Positions 1 through 9,102 of a stretch of DNA of 64,000 bases are shown one piece after another. Under the pieces are notes generated by a model. The model was not told the origin of the DNA. It did no database searches and saw only the letters and a program-made list of their open reading frames with translations. The stretch lies in assembly GCA_024235255.1 (NCBI GenBank), contig JACKMT010000005.1:39836-103835 (forward strand), written 5' to 3'. How positions within the stretch are numbered: position 1 is the first letter of the stretch; the number at the start of each line of letters is the position of its first letter. Position numbers and translations under genes: made by a program. Source of the stretch: Chromatiaceae bacterium (lineage in GTDB: Bacteria > Pseudomonadota > Gammaproteobacteria > Chromatiales > Chromatiaceae).

Positions 1-745
1 CTTTGCCATGCTTACTGAGGTTGTTTAACAGCGCTTTGTGATGCTTACGCAGCTGAGCGATTTTTATTTTGGCCTCTTCCGGATCGGGGCCGCTATCGAC
101 CACCTCATCGGCTGACTCATCATCGTCATCATCATCGTCATCGTTATCGTCATCAGATGCCTGAGAGTTACTCTCCGCGGCAGAGGGGGCTTTGATCTGT
201 ACGGGTTTGGCAATCTCATCCGGTTCGTTGGGGTCGCTGAAACCCGCGATTACATCGGTCAGCCGAATCTCTTCGACTTCGACTTTGTCGAATAACTCCA
301 GCACCCTTGCTACGGTGTCCGGGTAGGTTGCCAGTGCCGCCAGCACCTGATTGAGGCCCTCTTCGATGCGTTTGGCAATCGTCAGTTCGCCTTCTCTGGT
401 CAACAATTCGACAGTGCCCATTTCACGCATATACATGCGAACCGGGTCAGTGGTTCTACCGAACTCACTGTCAACGCTGGCCAACGCTGCTGCTGCAGCT
501 TCTGCTGCATCGTCATCTGTGGAGACCGCATTATCGGTAATCGACTGGTCGTCTATATCCGGGGCTTCCTCGTAAACCTGGATACCCATATCGTTGATCA
601 TGCGGATGATATCTTCGATCTGTTCCGGCTCGACGATACCGTCAGGCAGGTGGTCGTTAACCTCGCCGTAGGTCAGGAATCCCTGTTCCTTGCCTTTTGC
701 GATCAGTTGCTTTAGCTGGGATTGCTGTTGCTGCTGCTGGTCCAT
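1..745 (-). CDS. rpoD: RNA polymerase sigma-70 factor RpoD, N-terminal ~248 codons (rest of gene lies beyond the left window edge)
   Basis: Own minus-strand translation from the ATG at complement(743-745): MDQQQQQQSQLKQLIAKGKEQGFLTYGEVNDHLPDGIVEPEQIEDIIRMINDMGIQVYEEAPD, then EFGRTTDPVRMYMREMGTVELL (region 1.2) and a poly-Asp acidic spacer. Absent from the ORF track because there is no stop in the window. Lies downstream of dnaG as in the classic operon. Confidence 0.93.
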   Translation of the reverse strand, partial: MDQQQQQQSQLKQLIAKGKEQGFLTYGEVNDHLPDGIVEPEQIEDIIRMINDMGIQVYEEAPDIDDQSITDNAVSTDDDAAEAAAAALASVDSEFGRTTDPVRMYMREMGTVELLTREGELTIAKRIEEGLNQVLAALATYPDTVARVLELFDKVEVEEIRLTDVIAGFSDPNEPDEIAKPVQIKAPSAAESNSQASDDDNDDDDDDDDESADEVVDSGPDPEEAKIKIAQLRKHHKALLNNLSKHGK

Positions 746-815
746 TTCCTACCTATATAAATAATGAGGAATTGAAAAATTTATCAAATTCGAACGGGAC
801 ATATTAGCTCAACCG

Positions 816-2576
816 CTAAAATTTTTCCATATTAGTGATTGCTGTGCTCAGTTCTGCCTTCTCCTTTGCAAGCTCGCTCAAACGCCGCTTTTCCTGCTCG
901 TCGAGGCCTTGTCCAGCGGCTTTGGTCACGAGTGCCTCCCACTCGAGTTGCCCGGCTTGTGAAGAGAGGTATGCAAGGGTATCCCTGAACTCCACCTCCT
1001 GCCCTTCGCCGGGTAGTTCGGATCCGCTGTTAATCAGTTTCTTTAGGTGTTTTTCCTCGGAACGATCGCGCCAGCGTTCCAGCAATGCACCTGTGGTAAT
1101 GTTAGGTTCTGATCGCAGTATTTCAAGTAACTCCCGTAGCAGCGGAATTCCTGGAAGGTCGAGATACTCCCATCCTTTTGCCAGGTTATCGGCCTGTGCA
1201 AAGGCTGGGTTGTTGACCAGCAGCGCGATTGCCCGGCGCACCGGTGGCATGGTGCTGAGCGACGAATGCAATCTGAACGCTGTTCTTTTACCGGAAGCGC
1301 CGGCGCTTGCTCCAGAGATCAGCTCGCCAACCCGCTCTGAAAGCTTGCGGTACATCATTTTCCGAAACAGCCCGTCCGGAAGTTGATTCAACAGTGGCTT
1401 GGCAAGCTCTGCCAGCTTGACTCGTCCTTCCGCCGCATCGGTTTGCGACAGGCTTTCAAGGTGATCAAACAGAAAGCGAGACAAGGGCGCCCCTCTGTTT
1501 ATGCGCTGCTGGAAGACTTCCGCCCCCTCCCTTCTGATCAGGCTGTCGGGGTCTTCACCCTGAGGTAGAAACAGAAAACGCACTTCATGGCCATCACGCA
1601 TCAGTGGCAGGCTGGTTTGCAGCGCCTTCCAGCCGGCATCACGCCCGGCCTGATCGCCGTCGAAGCAGAAAACCACCTCATGCACCGTCCGGAACAGGCG
1701 TTGCAGATGATCTGCGGTGGTTGCCGTTCCCAGGGTTGCCACAACGTTTCTGATACCAAACTGGGCCAGAGCCACCACGTCCATGTAGCCTTCAACCACC
1801 AGCAGGCGCTCCAGCGGCCGAACCGATTTACGTGCCTCATACAGCCCGTAGAGCTCCCTGCCTTTATGGAAAACCGGGGTCTCAGGCGAGTTCAGATACT
1901 TTGGTTTGCCATCGCCGATCAGACGGCCGCCGAAACCGATGGTCTCCCCGCGAAAATTGCGGATCGGGAACATGATCCGGTCTCTGAAGCGATCGTAGCG
2001 CCGCCCCTCTTCCGACTCGCTGGCCATACCGGCGATCCACAGGCGTTTGAGCTCTTCGGCGTCACCCTTCGCCTGGTCCATCAGGTTATGGAAGCCGGGT
2101 GGTGCGAATCCGATCGAAAAATCAGCGGCAATCGCACCGCTCAGTCCGCGTTGTTTGATGTAGTCAATTGCGCGCTGAGCATCAGGATGGGTACGCAGCT
2201 GGTGTTGATAGTACTTCGCGGCTTTGGCCAGCGTGGCGTAAAGTGGACGGTAATCGGGGCCCTGATCCGGTCCGACCTCGCGTGGCACCTGCAGCCCTTC
2301 GCGGGCTGCAAGCTCCTCAATCGCTTCGAAAAACTCCATTCGGTCGTATTCCATCAGGAAACCGATCGCACTGCCGTGGGCACCGCAGCCGAAGCAGTGA
2401 TAGAACTGTTTCTCCCGACTGACAGTGAAAGAGGGGGTTTTTTCGTCGTGAAACGGACAACAGGCTTGATAATCCTTGCCCCCTTTTTTCAGAGGTACGC
2501 GGCTGTTGATCAGATCGACGATATCGACCCGGTGCAGTAAATCATCGATGAATGAGGCTGGTATTCTTCCGGCCAT
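816..2576 (-). CDS. dnaG: DNA primase
   Basis: 586-aa ORF. N-terminal zinc-ribbon CCPFHDEKTPSFTVSREKQFYHCFGCGAHG, TOPRIM region (VVEGYMDVVAL, FDGDQAGR). Sits between rpsU/yqeY and rpoD. Confidence 0.97.
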   Translation of the reverse strand: MAGRIPASFIDDLLHRVDIVDLINSRVPLKKGGKDYQACCPFHDEKTPSFTVSREKQFYHCFGCGAHGSAIGFLMEYDRMEFFEAIEELAAREGLQVPREVGPDQGPDYRPLYATLAKAAKYYQHQLRTHPDAQRAIDYIKQRGLSGAIAADFSIGFAPPGFHNLMDQAKGDAEELKRLWIAGMASESEEGRRYDRFRDRIMFPIRNFRGETIGFGGRLIGDGKPKYLNSPETPVFHKGRELYGLYEARKSVRPLERLLVVEGYMDVVALAQFGIRNVVATLGTATTADHLQRLFRTVHEVVFCFDGDQAGRDAGWKALQTSLPLMRDGHEVRFLFLPQGEDPDSLIRREGAEVFQQRINRGAPLSRFLFDHLESLSQTDAAEGRVKLAELAKPLLNQLPDGLFRKMMYRKLSERVGELISGASAGASGKRTAFRLHSSLSTMPPVRRAIALLVNNPAFAQADNLAKGWEYLDLPGIPLLRELLEILRSEPNITTGALLERWRDRSEEKHLKKLINSGSELPGEGQEVEFRDTLAYLSSQAGQLEWEALVTKAAGQGLDEQEKRRLSELAKEKAELSTAITNMEKF

Positions 2577-2780
2577 TACAGGCTATGCGATTTCGTCTGG
2601 GATATTCAGCGCCCTGGAGCAGGGGAAGCACTGAAGCAGACAGGCTTCGATCTCGAGGGCAGTCCTGGTAACAAGTTTTGACCCCCGGTGGTAACTGTCG
2701 AGGAGCGCAGGGTCGCCTTATAATTGAGAGTATAGACTGTTGCCGACAGCATCAGTTCGGCATGCGTGGTGGTGTGCGGT

Positions 2781-3224
2781 CTAGCTGGTGAGCCGCGCCC
2801 TGATTTTGGCGCTGATCTTTCCCATATCTGCACGGCCCTGGGCTTTGGGTTTTATCTCGCCCATCACTTTGCCCATCTCTTTAATCGACGTGGCACCGGT
2901 ATTGGAGATAGTCTCATCGATCAGGGTATCTATTTCGTCATCACTCAGTGCTGCCGGCAGGTACTCCTGGAGGACGGAGATTTCAAATGACTCCTGCTCT
3001 GCCAGATCGGTTCGGCCCGCTTTCTCGTACTGCTCGATGGAGTCCTTGCGCTGTTTCACCATTTTATCGAGAACCACCAGCACCTGCGTGTCGTCCAGTT
3101 CGATCCGCTCGTCCACTTCACGTTGCTTGATGGCGGCAAGCAGCAGCCGGATCGTGCCCAAGCGGCGTTTGTCGCCCGCTTTCATCGCGGCTACCATCTC
3201 ATCCTTTATGCGTGTCTTCAGCAT
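2781..3224 (-). CDS. yqeY: GatB/YqeY domain-containing protein
   Basis: 147-aa ORF MLKTRIKDEMVAAMKAGDKRRLGTIRLLLAAIKQREVDE... typical of the YqeY family. Located between rpsU and dnaG. Confidence 0.85.
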   Translation of the reverse strand: MLKTRIKDEMVAAMKAGDKRRLGTIRLLLAAIKQREVDERIELDDTQVLVVLDKMVKQRKDSIEQYEKAGRTDLAEQESFEISVLQEYLPAALSDDEIDTLIDETISNTGATSIKEMGKVMGEIKPKAQGRADMGKISAKIRARLTS

Positions 3225-3264
3225 CTGCAGGTATTCCGGAATTAGGGGCCGATATGCTGGTGCT

Positions 3265-3480
3265 TTAGTACTGGCGTTCCCAGCGGCGATTGTCCCGCGA
3301 AACCTTTTTCAGATGACGTTTGACGGCAGCAGCAGCTTTTCGCTTACGTTCTGCGGTTGGTTTCTCATAGAATTCACGTTTGCGGACTTCGGCCAGGATA
3401 CCGGCTTTTTCACAGGAGCGCTTAAAACGACGCAGAGCGATTTCGAAGGGCTCGTTGTCTTTGACACGTACGTTCGGCAT
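3265..3480 (-). CDS. rpsU: 30S ribosomal protein S21
   Basis: [48 protein letters not shown]... Start moved to the fifth codon (MPNV) of the 3265-3492 ORF. Confidence 0.96.
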   Translation of the reverse strand: MPNVRVKDNEPFEIALRRFKRSCEKAGILAEVRKREFYEKPTAERKRKAAAAVKRHLKKVSRDNRRWERQY

Positions 3481-3644
3481 TAGCAACCTCAAAAAAATTA
3501 AGATAAATGGTACTTTCGTAAAGCTAAAGAGGTGGAATTCTAATAGTAGTTGCGTTGGTTTGCAAAGTTCTTTAGCGTGGTTGATTGATACTGGCCAGTC
3601 GCATGAATGTAACCCCCGGAAAGCGGGCTGATTTGATGTAGATA

Positions 3645-4682
3645 ATGATGCATATTTTGGGAATAGAGACCTCCTGCGACGAGACCGGGATAGCCGTCTA
3701 CAGCGGTGGAAAGGGGTTGCTGGCGCACCGGGTTTACAGTCAGGTCAAACTACATGCGGAATATGGTGGTGTGGTACCCGAACTGGCGTCCCGTGATCAT
3801 GTGCGCAAAACTTTACCGCTGATCCGTAGTGTACTGTCCGAGGCGGGCCTTAGAGGAGCGGATATTGACGGTGTCGCCTACACCCGCGGCCCGGGATTGG
3901 TGGGCGCCCTGTTGGTTGGCGCCGCGATAGGGCGGGCACTGGCCTGGGCCTGGCAGGTTCCCTCAGTCGGTGTTCACCATATGGAGGGGCATCTGTTGGC
4001 GCCCCTGCTGGAGGAGCAGGTGCCCGAGTTTCCGTTCGTCGCACTGCTGGTGTCCGGCGGGCATACCCAGCTGGTGGGAGTGGAGGGCGTCGGCCGCTAC
4101 CAACTGTTGGGCGAGTCGTTGGACGATGCTGCGGGCGAGGCGTTCGATAAGACCGCAAAACTAATGGGGTTGCCTTATCCCGGCGGCCCCGAATTGGCCA
4201 AACTTGCCGAAAATGGCGATCCTAAGCGCTTCAAATTTCCGCGTCCGATGACGGACCGGCCAGGTCTCGACTTCAGTTTCAGCGGCTTGAAGACGTTCGC
4301 GCTCAATACGTTGAAGCAAGCGCTGACGGAAGAGCTGGACGTGGAAGCGGTGCGGCGGCTGAAAGCCGATATTGCCAGATCTTTCGAAGATGCCGTAGTC
4401 GATACGCTGATAATCAAGTGCCGCCGCGCGGTACATGAAACAGGGTATAAGCGGCTGATACTCGCGGGTGGCGTCAGCGCCAACCGGCGGCTGCGCGAAC
4501 GGATAAAAGCGGTGATGGAGCAGGAGGGTGGGCACGCCTATTATCCCCGCCCCGCGTTGTGCACCGATAATGGCGCCATGATCGCCTATGCCGGCTGGCA
4601 GCGGCTCAAGGCTGGTCAGTCTGAACCCATGCAGTTTGGTGTCCGGCCGCGCTGGCCGATGGAGGAGCTACCTGCACTTTAG
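3645..4682 (+). CDS. tsaD: tRNA N6-adenosine threonylcarbamoyltransferase TsaD (Gcp/Kae1 family)
   Basis: 345-aa [31 protein letters not shown] metal motif, GGVSAN. Divergent from rpsU as in E. coli. Confidence 0.95.
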   Translation: MMHILGIETSCDETGIAVYSGGKGLLAHRVYSQVKLHAEYGGVVPELASRDHVRKTLPLIRSVLSEAGLRGADIDGVAYTRGPGLVGALLVGAAIGRALAWAWQVPSVGVHHMEGHLLAPLLEEQVPEFPFVALLVSGGHTQLVGVEGVGRYQLLGESLDDAAGEAFDKTAKLMGLPYPGGPELAKLAENGDPKRFKFPRPMTDRPGLDFSFSGLKTFALNTLKQALTEELDVEAVRRLKADIARSFEDAVVDTLIIKCRRAVHETGYKRLILAGGVSANRRLRERIKAVMEQEGGHAYYPRPALCTDNGAMIAYAGWQRLKAGQSEPMQFGVRPRWPMEELPAL

Positions 4683-4703
4683 CGGTAGTGAGGATAAACA
4701 GGA

Positions 4704-5288
4704 TCAACCGCTTATCTTGCCTTCCGAACCGGAGAGTAGGTTGCGAATATTGCTGCGGTGCCGCCAGAAAAGCATGATGCTGATCAGAATCTGGGCGGCG
4801 ATCAGTTCCGGCACAGGCTGGAAATACCAGACAATCAATGGTGCCAGCGCCATGCTGACCAGCGCGGCCAGGGAAGAGATATTGAGCACTTTGGCGACGA
4901 ACAGCCAGATCAACGCGACACTGCCGCCGATTTGCCACGCCAGACCAAACTGGACGCCTAGCGCGGTCGCGACCCCCTTGCCGCCCTTGAAACCAAAGAA
5001 TACCGGGTAGAGATGCCCTAGAAATGCAGCCATCGCCGTGGCTGCCAGCACGCCGGTACCAACACCGGCAAGCTGTGCGAGCAGTACCGGAATCACCCCC
5101 TTCAGCATGTCACCGAAAAGCGTCAGTGCCGCTGCTTTTTTGCCGCCGATACGCAGTACGTTGGTGGCGCCGGGATTGTTCGAGCCTTCGCTGCGCGGGT
5201 CGGGCAACCCCATCACTTTGCATACGATGATGGCGTTGGAGATAGATCCAAGCAGGTAGGCAAACGGGATAAACAGATACTCGATCAT
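4704..5288 (-). CDS. plsY: glycerol-3-phosphate acyltransferase PlsY
   Basis: 194-aa membrane ORF. LLGSISNAIIV, SNNPGATNVLR, FKGGKGVAT motifs. Confidence 0.93.
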   Translation of the reverse strand: MIEYLFIPFAYLLGSISNAIIVCKVMGLPDPRSEGSNNPGATNVLRIGGKKAAALTLFGDMLKGVIPVLLAQLAGVGTGVLAATAMAAFLGHLYPVFFGFKGGKGVATALGVQFGLAWQIGGSVALIWLFVAKVLNISSLAALVSMALAPLIVWYFQPVPELIAAQILISIMLFWRHRSNIRNLLSGSEGKISG

Positions 5289-5301
5289 TGGTCAGGGGCC
5301 A

Positions 5302-5535
5302 TCAGCAGCAGGCTGAACCAGAATACAGCGGTTTTGGGGCGCAGGGTAGGGTGCCGAATGAATAGAAAACGCAACAGTCGCCCGTCTTTGGCCGCAGCAA
5401 TTCGCCACAACCAGTGCATTGGTAATACCACCGGCAGGCATCGATTGGCATCCGCTCGTCGCGGCTGACACCACAATGTGGGCAGGGCATGCGCGATGTC
5501 AGTTTTGCTTTCATTGTTTTCGCTGTTGGGTGCAA
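5302..5535 (-). CDS. small Cys-rich GDCCVxC-family metal-binding protein (variant motif GDCCVFY)
   Basis: 77-aa ORF with CPHCG, DAC..YYQCTGCG and GDCCVFYSFGTLPC. Start could also be the internal MKAKL. Confidence 0.6.
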   Translation of the reverse strand: MHPTAKTMKAKLTSRMPCPHCGVSRDERMPIDACRWYYQCTGCGELLRPKTGDCCVFYSFGTLPCAPKPLYSGSACC

Positions 5536-5655
5536 ACGCCGTTACTATGGAATTGTCCAGGTTCGACAGGGTAGGGGTCAAGAGAGTTTGTTATCCCAGT
5601 CAGCTGCATTAACATGTCTTTTTTCCAAAATATAAATAGCGCAGTGCAGGTTACG

Positions 5656-6009
5656 ATGGATATAGTTTTTATACGCAATCTGAAAATCGACACCGTCATC
5701 GGTATCTACGACTGGGAGCGCAACATCCGGCAGACGGTGATTATCGATCTGGAGATGAGTGCCGATATCCGCCGTGCTGCGGCCAGCGAGCGCATCGAAG
5801 ACGCGCTGGATTACAAAGCAGTGGCCAAGCGACTGATCGCCTTCGTGGAGCAGAGCGAATTTCAGCTGGTGGAAACGCTCGCCGAGCGTTGTGCGGCCAT
5901 CGTGCGGGAGGAGTTCGGTGTGCACTGGCTGCGTTTGAGCCTCAACAAGATAGGCGCAGTCAGCGGCGCCCAGGATGTCGGCGTGATCATCGAGCGTGGA
6001 GAGCGATGA
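5656..6009 (+). CDS. folB: dihydroneopterin aldolase
   Basis: MDIVFIRNLKIDTVIGIYDWERNIRQTVIIDLEM... typical FolB. Start taken at ATG 5656 inside ORF 5614-6009. Confidence 0.9.
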   Translation: MDIVFIRNLKIDTVIGIYDWERNIRQTVIIDLEMSADIRRAAASERIEDALDYKAVAKRLIAFVEQSEFQLVETLAERCAAIVREEFGVHWLRLSLNKIGAVSGAQDVGVIIERGER

Positions 6010-6554
6010 CCGTCCGGGCGTGGCTTAGCCTCGGCAGCAATATAGATCGGGAGCGAAATATCCGCTCGGCCCTGATCGCGTTGGAAAATTCATTCGGTCA
6101 GCTCATTGTCTCTCCCGTATATGAGAGCGAAGCAGTGGGATTCGAAGGTGATCCATTCCTCAATCTAGTGGTTGGTGTGGATACCGACTGCCCATCGAAC
6201 GAGGTTGCAGAGACGCTCCGGTTGATCGAGCAGGCGCATGGCCGACGCAGGGAGGGAGAAAAATTCAGCTCCCGAACGCTGGATATAGATCTGCTGACTT
6301 ATGGTCAACATATTATTCAGGCACCCGGTGTCTCCGTGCCGCGGGATGAGATTACCCGCTACGCATTTGTGTTGCTGCCGTTGTCACTCGTTGCCGGTGA
6401 CGAACTGCATCCGATCGAAGGTGTTAGTTATAAGGCACTCTGGGACGCTTTCGACAAAACGCAACAGCGGCTTCGGGCAGTCGAGATCGGGCTAGATCGC
6501 GGCGAGATGGAGATGGCCCCCACCTCAATTGGGGGTAGCCAGCGGGAAGCGTAA
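6006..6554 (+). CDS. folK: 2-amino-4-hydroxy-6-hydroxymethyldihydropteridine diphosphokinase
   Basis: MTVRAWLSLGSNIDRERNIRSALIALE...PVYESEAVG...RTLDIDLL. The ATG at 6006 overlaps the folB stop (ATGA). Confidence 0.9.
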   Translation: MTVRAWLSLGSNIDRERNIRSALIALENSFGQLIVSPVYESEAVGFEGDPFLNLVVGVDTDCPSNEVAETLRLIEQAHGRRREGEKFSSRTLDIDLLTYGQHIIQAPGVSVPRDEITRYAFVLLPLSLVAGDELHPIEGVSYKALWDAFDKTQQRLRAVEIGLDRGEMEMAPTSIGGSQREA

Positions 6555-6596
6555 ACTGAGTGCACCGCGCCAGTAGCCAATTGTGACACTAGACAT

Positions 6597-6610
6597 TATG
6601 GATTGACCTG
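6597..6610. repeat. left (sub)terminal inverted repeat of the IS
   Basis: tatggattgacctg, the exact reverse complement of 8096-8109. Confidence 0.8.
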
Positions 6611-6686
6611 CCCTGACCTCGAGCACGTGGGTTATGGTTCGGGGTTAGTACCTTGAATCACAGAGCCACATCGAGGAGGGCAGATC

Positions 6687-7820
6687 ATGAAGCAGTTTAG
6701 CGCATATGTAGGACTGGACGTACACAAAGAGAGCATTGCGGTGGCAGTCGCGCTTCCGGGCAGAGAACCTGCGGAGTATTTGGGTAAGATCAAGCCGAGC
6801 CGGGGCTCGCTGCAGAGATTGATTCGACGGCTCAGTCAGAACGGCGAGAGACTGAGTTTTTGCTACGAGGCGGGTCCGTGTGGTTATGGATTGTATCGGG
6901 AGATTGAGGAGTTGGGCCATCATTGTGAGGTGGTGGCGCCGGGCCTGATCCCGCGCAAATCGGGTGATCGGATCAAGACGGATCGTCGGGATGCGGTGTC
7001 ATTGGCGAGACAGCATCGAGCAGGAGAACTGACGGCGGTGTGGGTGCCGGGATCGGAGCAGGAAGCGATGCGTGATCTGACGCGGGCACGCGAGGACATG
7101 AAGGGGATCGAGCTGAAGGCACGCCAGCGGCTGGGAGCATTTCTGTTGCGTCACGGTCGGGTATACCGGGAAGGCAGAAATCGCTGGACGCAGCACTATT
7201 TTCGCTGGCTGGAGACACAGAAGTTTGCGCATGCTGCTCAGCAGGTGGTGTTTCAGGAGTATGTCGATACCGTCCGGGAGGCGCAGGCACGGGTAGCGGG
7301 AATCGAGGATCAGATGCGCCGGGCGCTGGAGGGGTGGTCGCTACGACCGGTGGTAGAGGCGCTGATTGCGCTGCGGGGAGTTGACTTGATCACGGCGATG
7401 ACGACGCTGGCGGAGCTGGGTGATCTGACACGGTTTGAGTCACCGCGGCAGTTGATGAGTTTTCTGGGTTTGGTGCCGAGTGAGCAGAGTTCGGGGCAAC
7501 GGCGGCGGCAAGGAGGTATTACCAAGACGGGCAACGGTCACGTTCGTCGTGTGCTGGTGGAAGCGGCTTGGAGCTATCGGTTTCCCGCCCGCAAAACAGC
7601 GCACCTGCGACATAAGGCCGCTGGGGCATCGGCACCGGTTCAAGCGATTGCCTGGGCAGCGCAGAAACGGCTGTGTGGTCGCTATTGGTCACTGTACCAG
7701 GCGGGTAAAGCGAAGGCACTGGTTTGTACGGCGATTGCACGCGAGCTGGTGGGCTTCATTTGGGCGATTGCCTACGAGGTCGCTGGCAAACCCCATGGCA
7801 CGCGTGCGTTGGCAAGCTGA
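6687..7820 (+). CDS. IS110-family transposase/recombinase (DEDD RuvC-like N-domain plus C-terminal Ser domain)
   Basis: 377-aa ORF. YVGLDVHKESIAV, CYEAGPCGY, IKTDRRDA, and C-terminal SGQRRRQGGITKTGNGHVRRVLVEAAW. Confidence 0.93.
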   Translation: MKQFSAYVGLDVHKESIAVAVALPGREPAEYLGKIKPSRGSLQRLIRRLSQNGERLSFCYEAGPCGYGLYREIEELGHHCEVVAPGLIPRKSGDRIKTDRRDAVSLARQHRAGELTAVWVPGSEQEAMRDLTRAREDMKGIELKARQRLGAFLLRHGRVYREGRNRWTQHYFRWLETQKFAHAAQQVVFQEYVDTVREAQARVAGIEDQMRRALEGWSLRPVVEALIALRGVDLITAMTTLAELGDLTRFESPRQLMSFLGLVPSEQSSGQRRRQGGITKTGNGHVRRVLVEAAWSYRFPARKTAHLRHKAAGASAPVQAIAWAAQKRLCGRYWSLYQAGKAKALVCTAIARELVGFIWAIAYEVAGKPHGTRALAS

Positions 7821-8095
7821 ACGGAGCGTTGGTATTGGGATCTTAACAGGCGGACGATGATTCGATTTAGGAAGCGGGAGGCCGGTGAGGAGAAACCTCG
7901 AAGGTTTTAAGAGAGATCTGCCTAGCCGGCAGATCGACCCACGCAACTAGAGCGAGGCAGCTCCGCGACGAAGTGAAGTCAGGTGGTAACCAACCCACGG
8001 ATATCAGAGTGATCCACCGTCGCAACACGCCTTTCGCTTCTTGAAACGAACATGTTGAAGATAAACGAATGAACAGAACACAGCGAATAACTTGA
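7821..8095 (+). ncRNA. candidate guide (bridge/seek) RNA region in the IS right end
   Basis: Long non-coding right end downstream of the recombinase. In the IS1111 subgroup the guide RNA is reported to be encoded there. No structure or promoter verified here. Confidence 0.3.
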
Positions 8096-8109
8096 CAGGT
8101 CAATCCATA
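8096..8109. repeat. right (sub)terminal inverted repeat of the IS
   Basis: caggtcaatccata, the reverse complement of 6597-6610. Confidence 0.8.
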
Positions 8110-8111
8110 TC

Positions 8112-8185
8112 AGAACCTATCTCATAATCCCCCGCGAACCAAAATCGCCACGGTCGCGGCCGCGCGGGATGATGAGATAGGTTCT
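8112..8185. repeat. 74-bp REP-like imperfect palindrome, probable bidirectional terminator between folK and the FolM-like gene
   Basis: Outer arms agaacctatctcat (8112-8125) and atgagataggttct (8172-8185) are perfectly complementary. Inner GC-rich arms (atcccccgcg / cgcgggat) add pairing. Starts 2 nt from the IS end and ends 2 nt from the stop at 8188. Confidence 0.6.
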
Positions 8186-8187
8186 AG

Positions 8188-8943
8188 TCACTGTTGCACG
8201 CTGCGGCCCCCGTCCACTGCGATGATCTGCCCGCTGATGTAATTGTTGCCCTGTGCCAGGAAGAGCACAGTGCGAGCGATATCAGCAGGAGTGCCGGCCC
8301 GTTTCAGCGCAGTGCGCGAGATGATCTCTGCTTTCGCTTTCTCCGGCATCTCTTGGTTTGGCCAGAGTATCGCGCCGGGGGCGACCCCGTTTACTCTCAC
8401 CTCCGGCCCTAACTCCCAGGCCAGCGTTTTAACCATCATGGCGTTGCCGGCCTTGGCGATGTTATAGATCGGATGATCTGCCAACGGCCGCTCGGCGTGG
8501 ATATCCACCAGATTGACAATGCACCCCTGGCTTGCCCGCAGCAGTGGTGCCGCGGCTTTCGCCAGAAAAAACGGCGCCTTCAGGTTGGTGCCCATCAATT
8601 CCTCCCATTCGGCTTCACCGGCGCTGGCCAGTGGTGTGGCATAGAAGCTTGATGCGTTGTTTACCAGCAGATCGAGGCGCCCTCGCCATGCTTTCGCCTG
8701 GTGCACCAGATTATCGAGCGCTTGCCTGTTTAGCAGATCCGCCTCAATCAGCCTGACCGAATCCTGACGCCGGGCAGTCAATTCAATTGCAAGCTGTTTG
8801 GCGCTTTCCCGGGCGCTGCGGTAATGCAGCAGAATATCCATGCCCTCACGATGCAGCAGGCGAACGATCTCGGCACCGATGCGTCGGGCAGCGCCGGTGA
8901 CCAGTGCCACTTTTCCAGAGAGAGGGTCATCGATTGCTGTCAA
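8188..8943 (-). CDS. SDR-family pteridine/dihydromonapterin reductase (FolM/PTR1-like)
   Basis: 251-aa ORF. VALVTGAARRIG Rossmann motif, NNAS, YNIAK catalytic Tyr-x3-Lys. Convergent with folB-folK. Confidence 0.75.
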   Translation of the reverse strand: MTAIDDPLSGKVALVTGAARRIGAEIVRLLHREGMDILLHYRSARESAKQLAIELTARRQDSVRLIEADLLNRQALDNLVHQAKAWRGRLDLLVNNASSFYATPLASAGEAEWEELMGTNLKAPFFLAKAAAPLLRASQGCIVNLVDIHAERPLADHPIYNIAKAGNAMMVKTLAWELGPEVRVNGVAPGAILWPNQEMPEKAKAEIISRTALKRAGTPADIARTVLFLAQGNNYISGQIIAVDGGRSVQQ

Positions 8944-9102
8944 CTGCTGCCTCCAGAATATAGGGTTCGGGTAGAATCCTGATCAGCCGGCGAAAAAACA
9001 GATTTTCGGTCTTGCATAATCGCCCCGGCAACATCGGCGAGAAGGTTGGTGTCGGGTGCGGGTCGGATTAATGTAACCAAAAACAGGGGTATATAGATAG
9101 CT

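Larger units (their letters stand above)
6597..8109 (+). mobile_element. IS110-family insertion sequence, IS1111-like architecture (~1.5 kb)
   Basis: Bounded by a 14-bp perfect inverted repeat (tatggattgacctg at 6597-6610, caggtcaatccata at 8096-8109). Carries a single DEDD-type transposase ORF. Short left (~90 nt) and long right (~290 nt) non-coding ends. True termini may extend a few nt beyond the sub-terminal IRs. Confidence 0.85.

Noticed and set aside
1587-2540. 317-aa plus-strand ORF inside dnaG
   Set aside because: Antisense shadow of dnaG with no family resemblance. The same reasoning applies to 835-1386, 30990-31871 (antisense to nhaD), 15725-16351 (antisense to rsd), 44761-45699, 27310-27981, 37639-38415 and similar entries.
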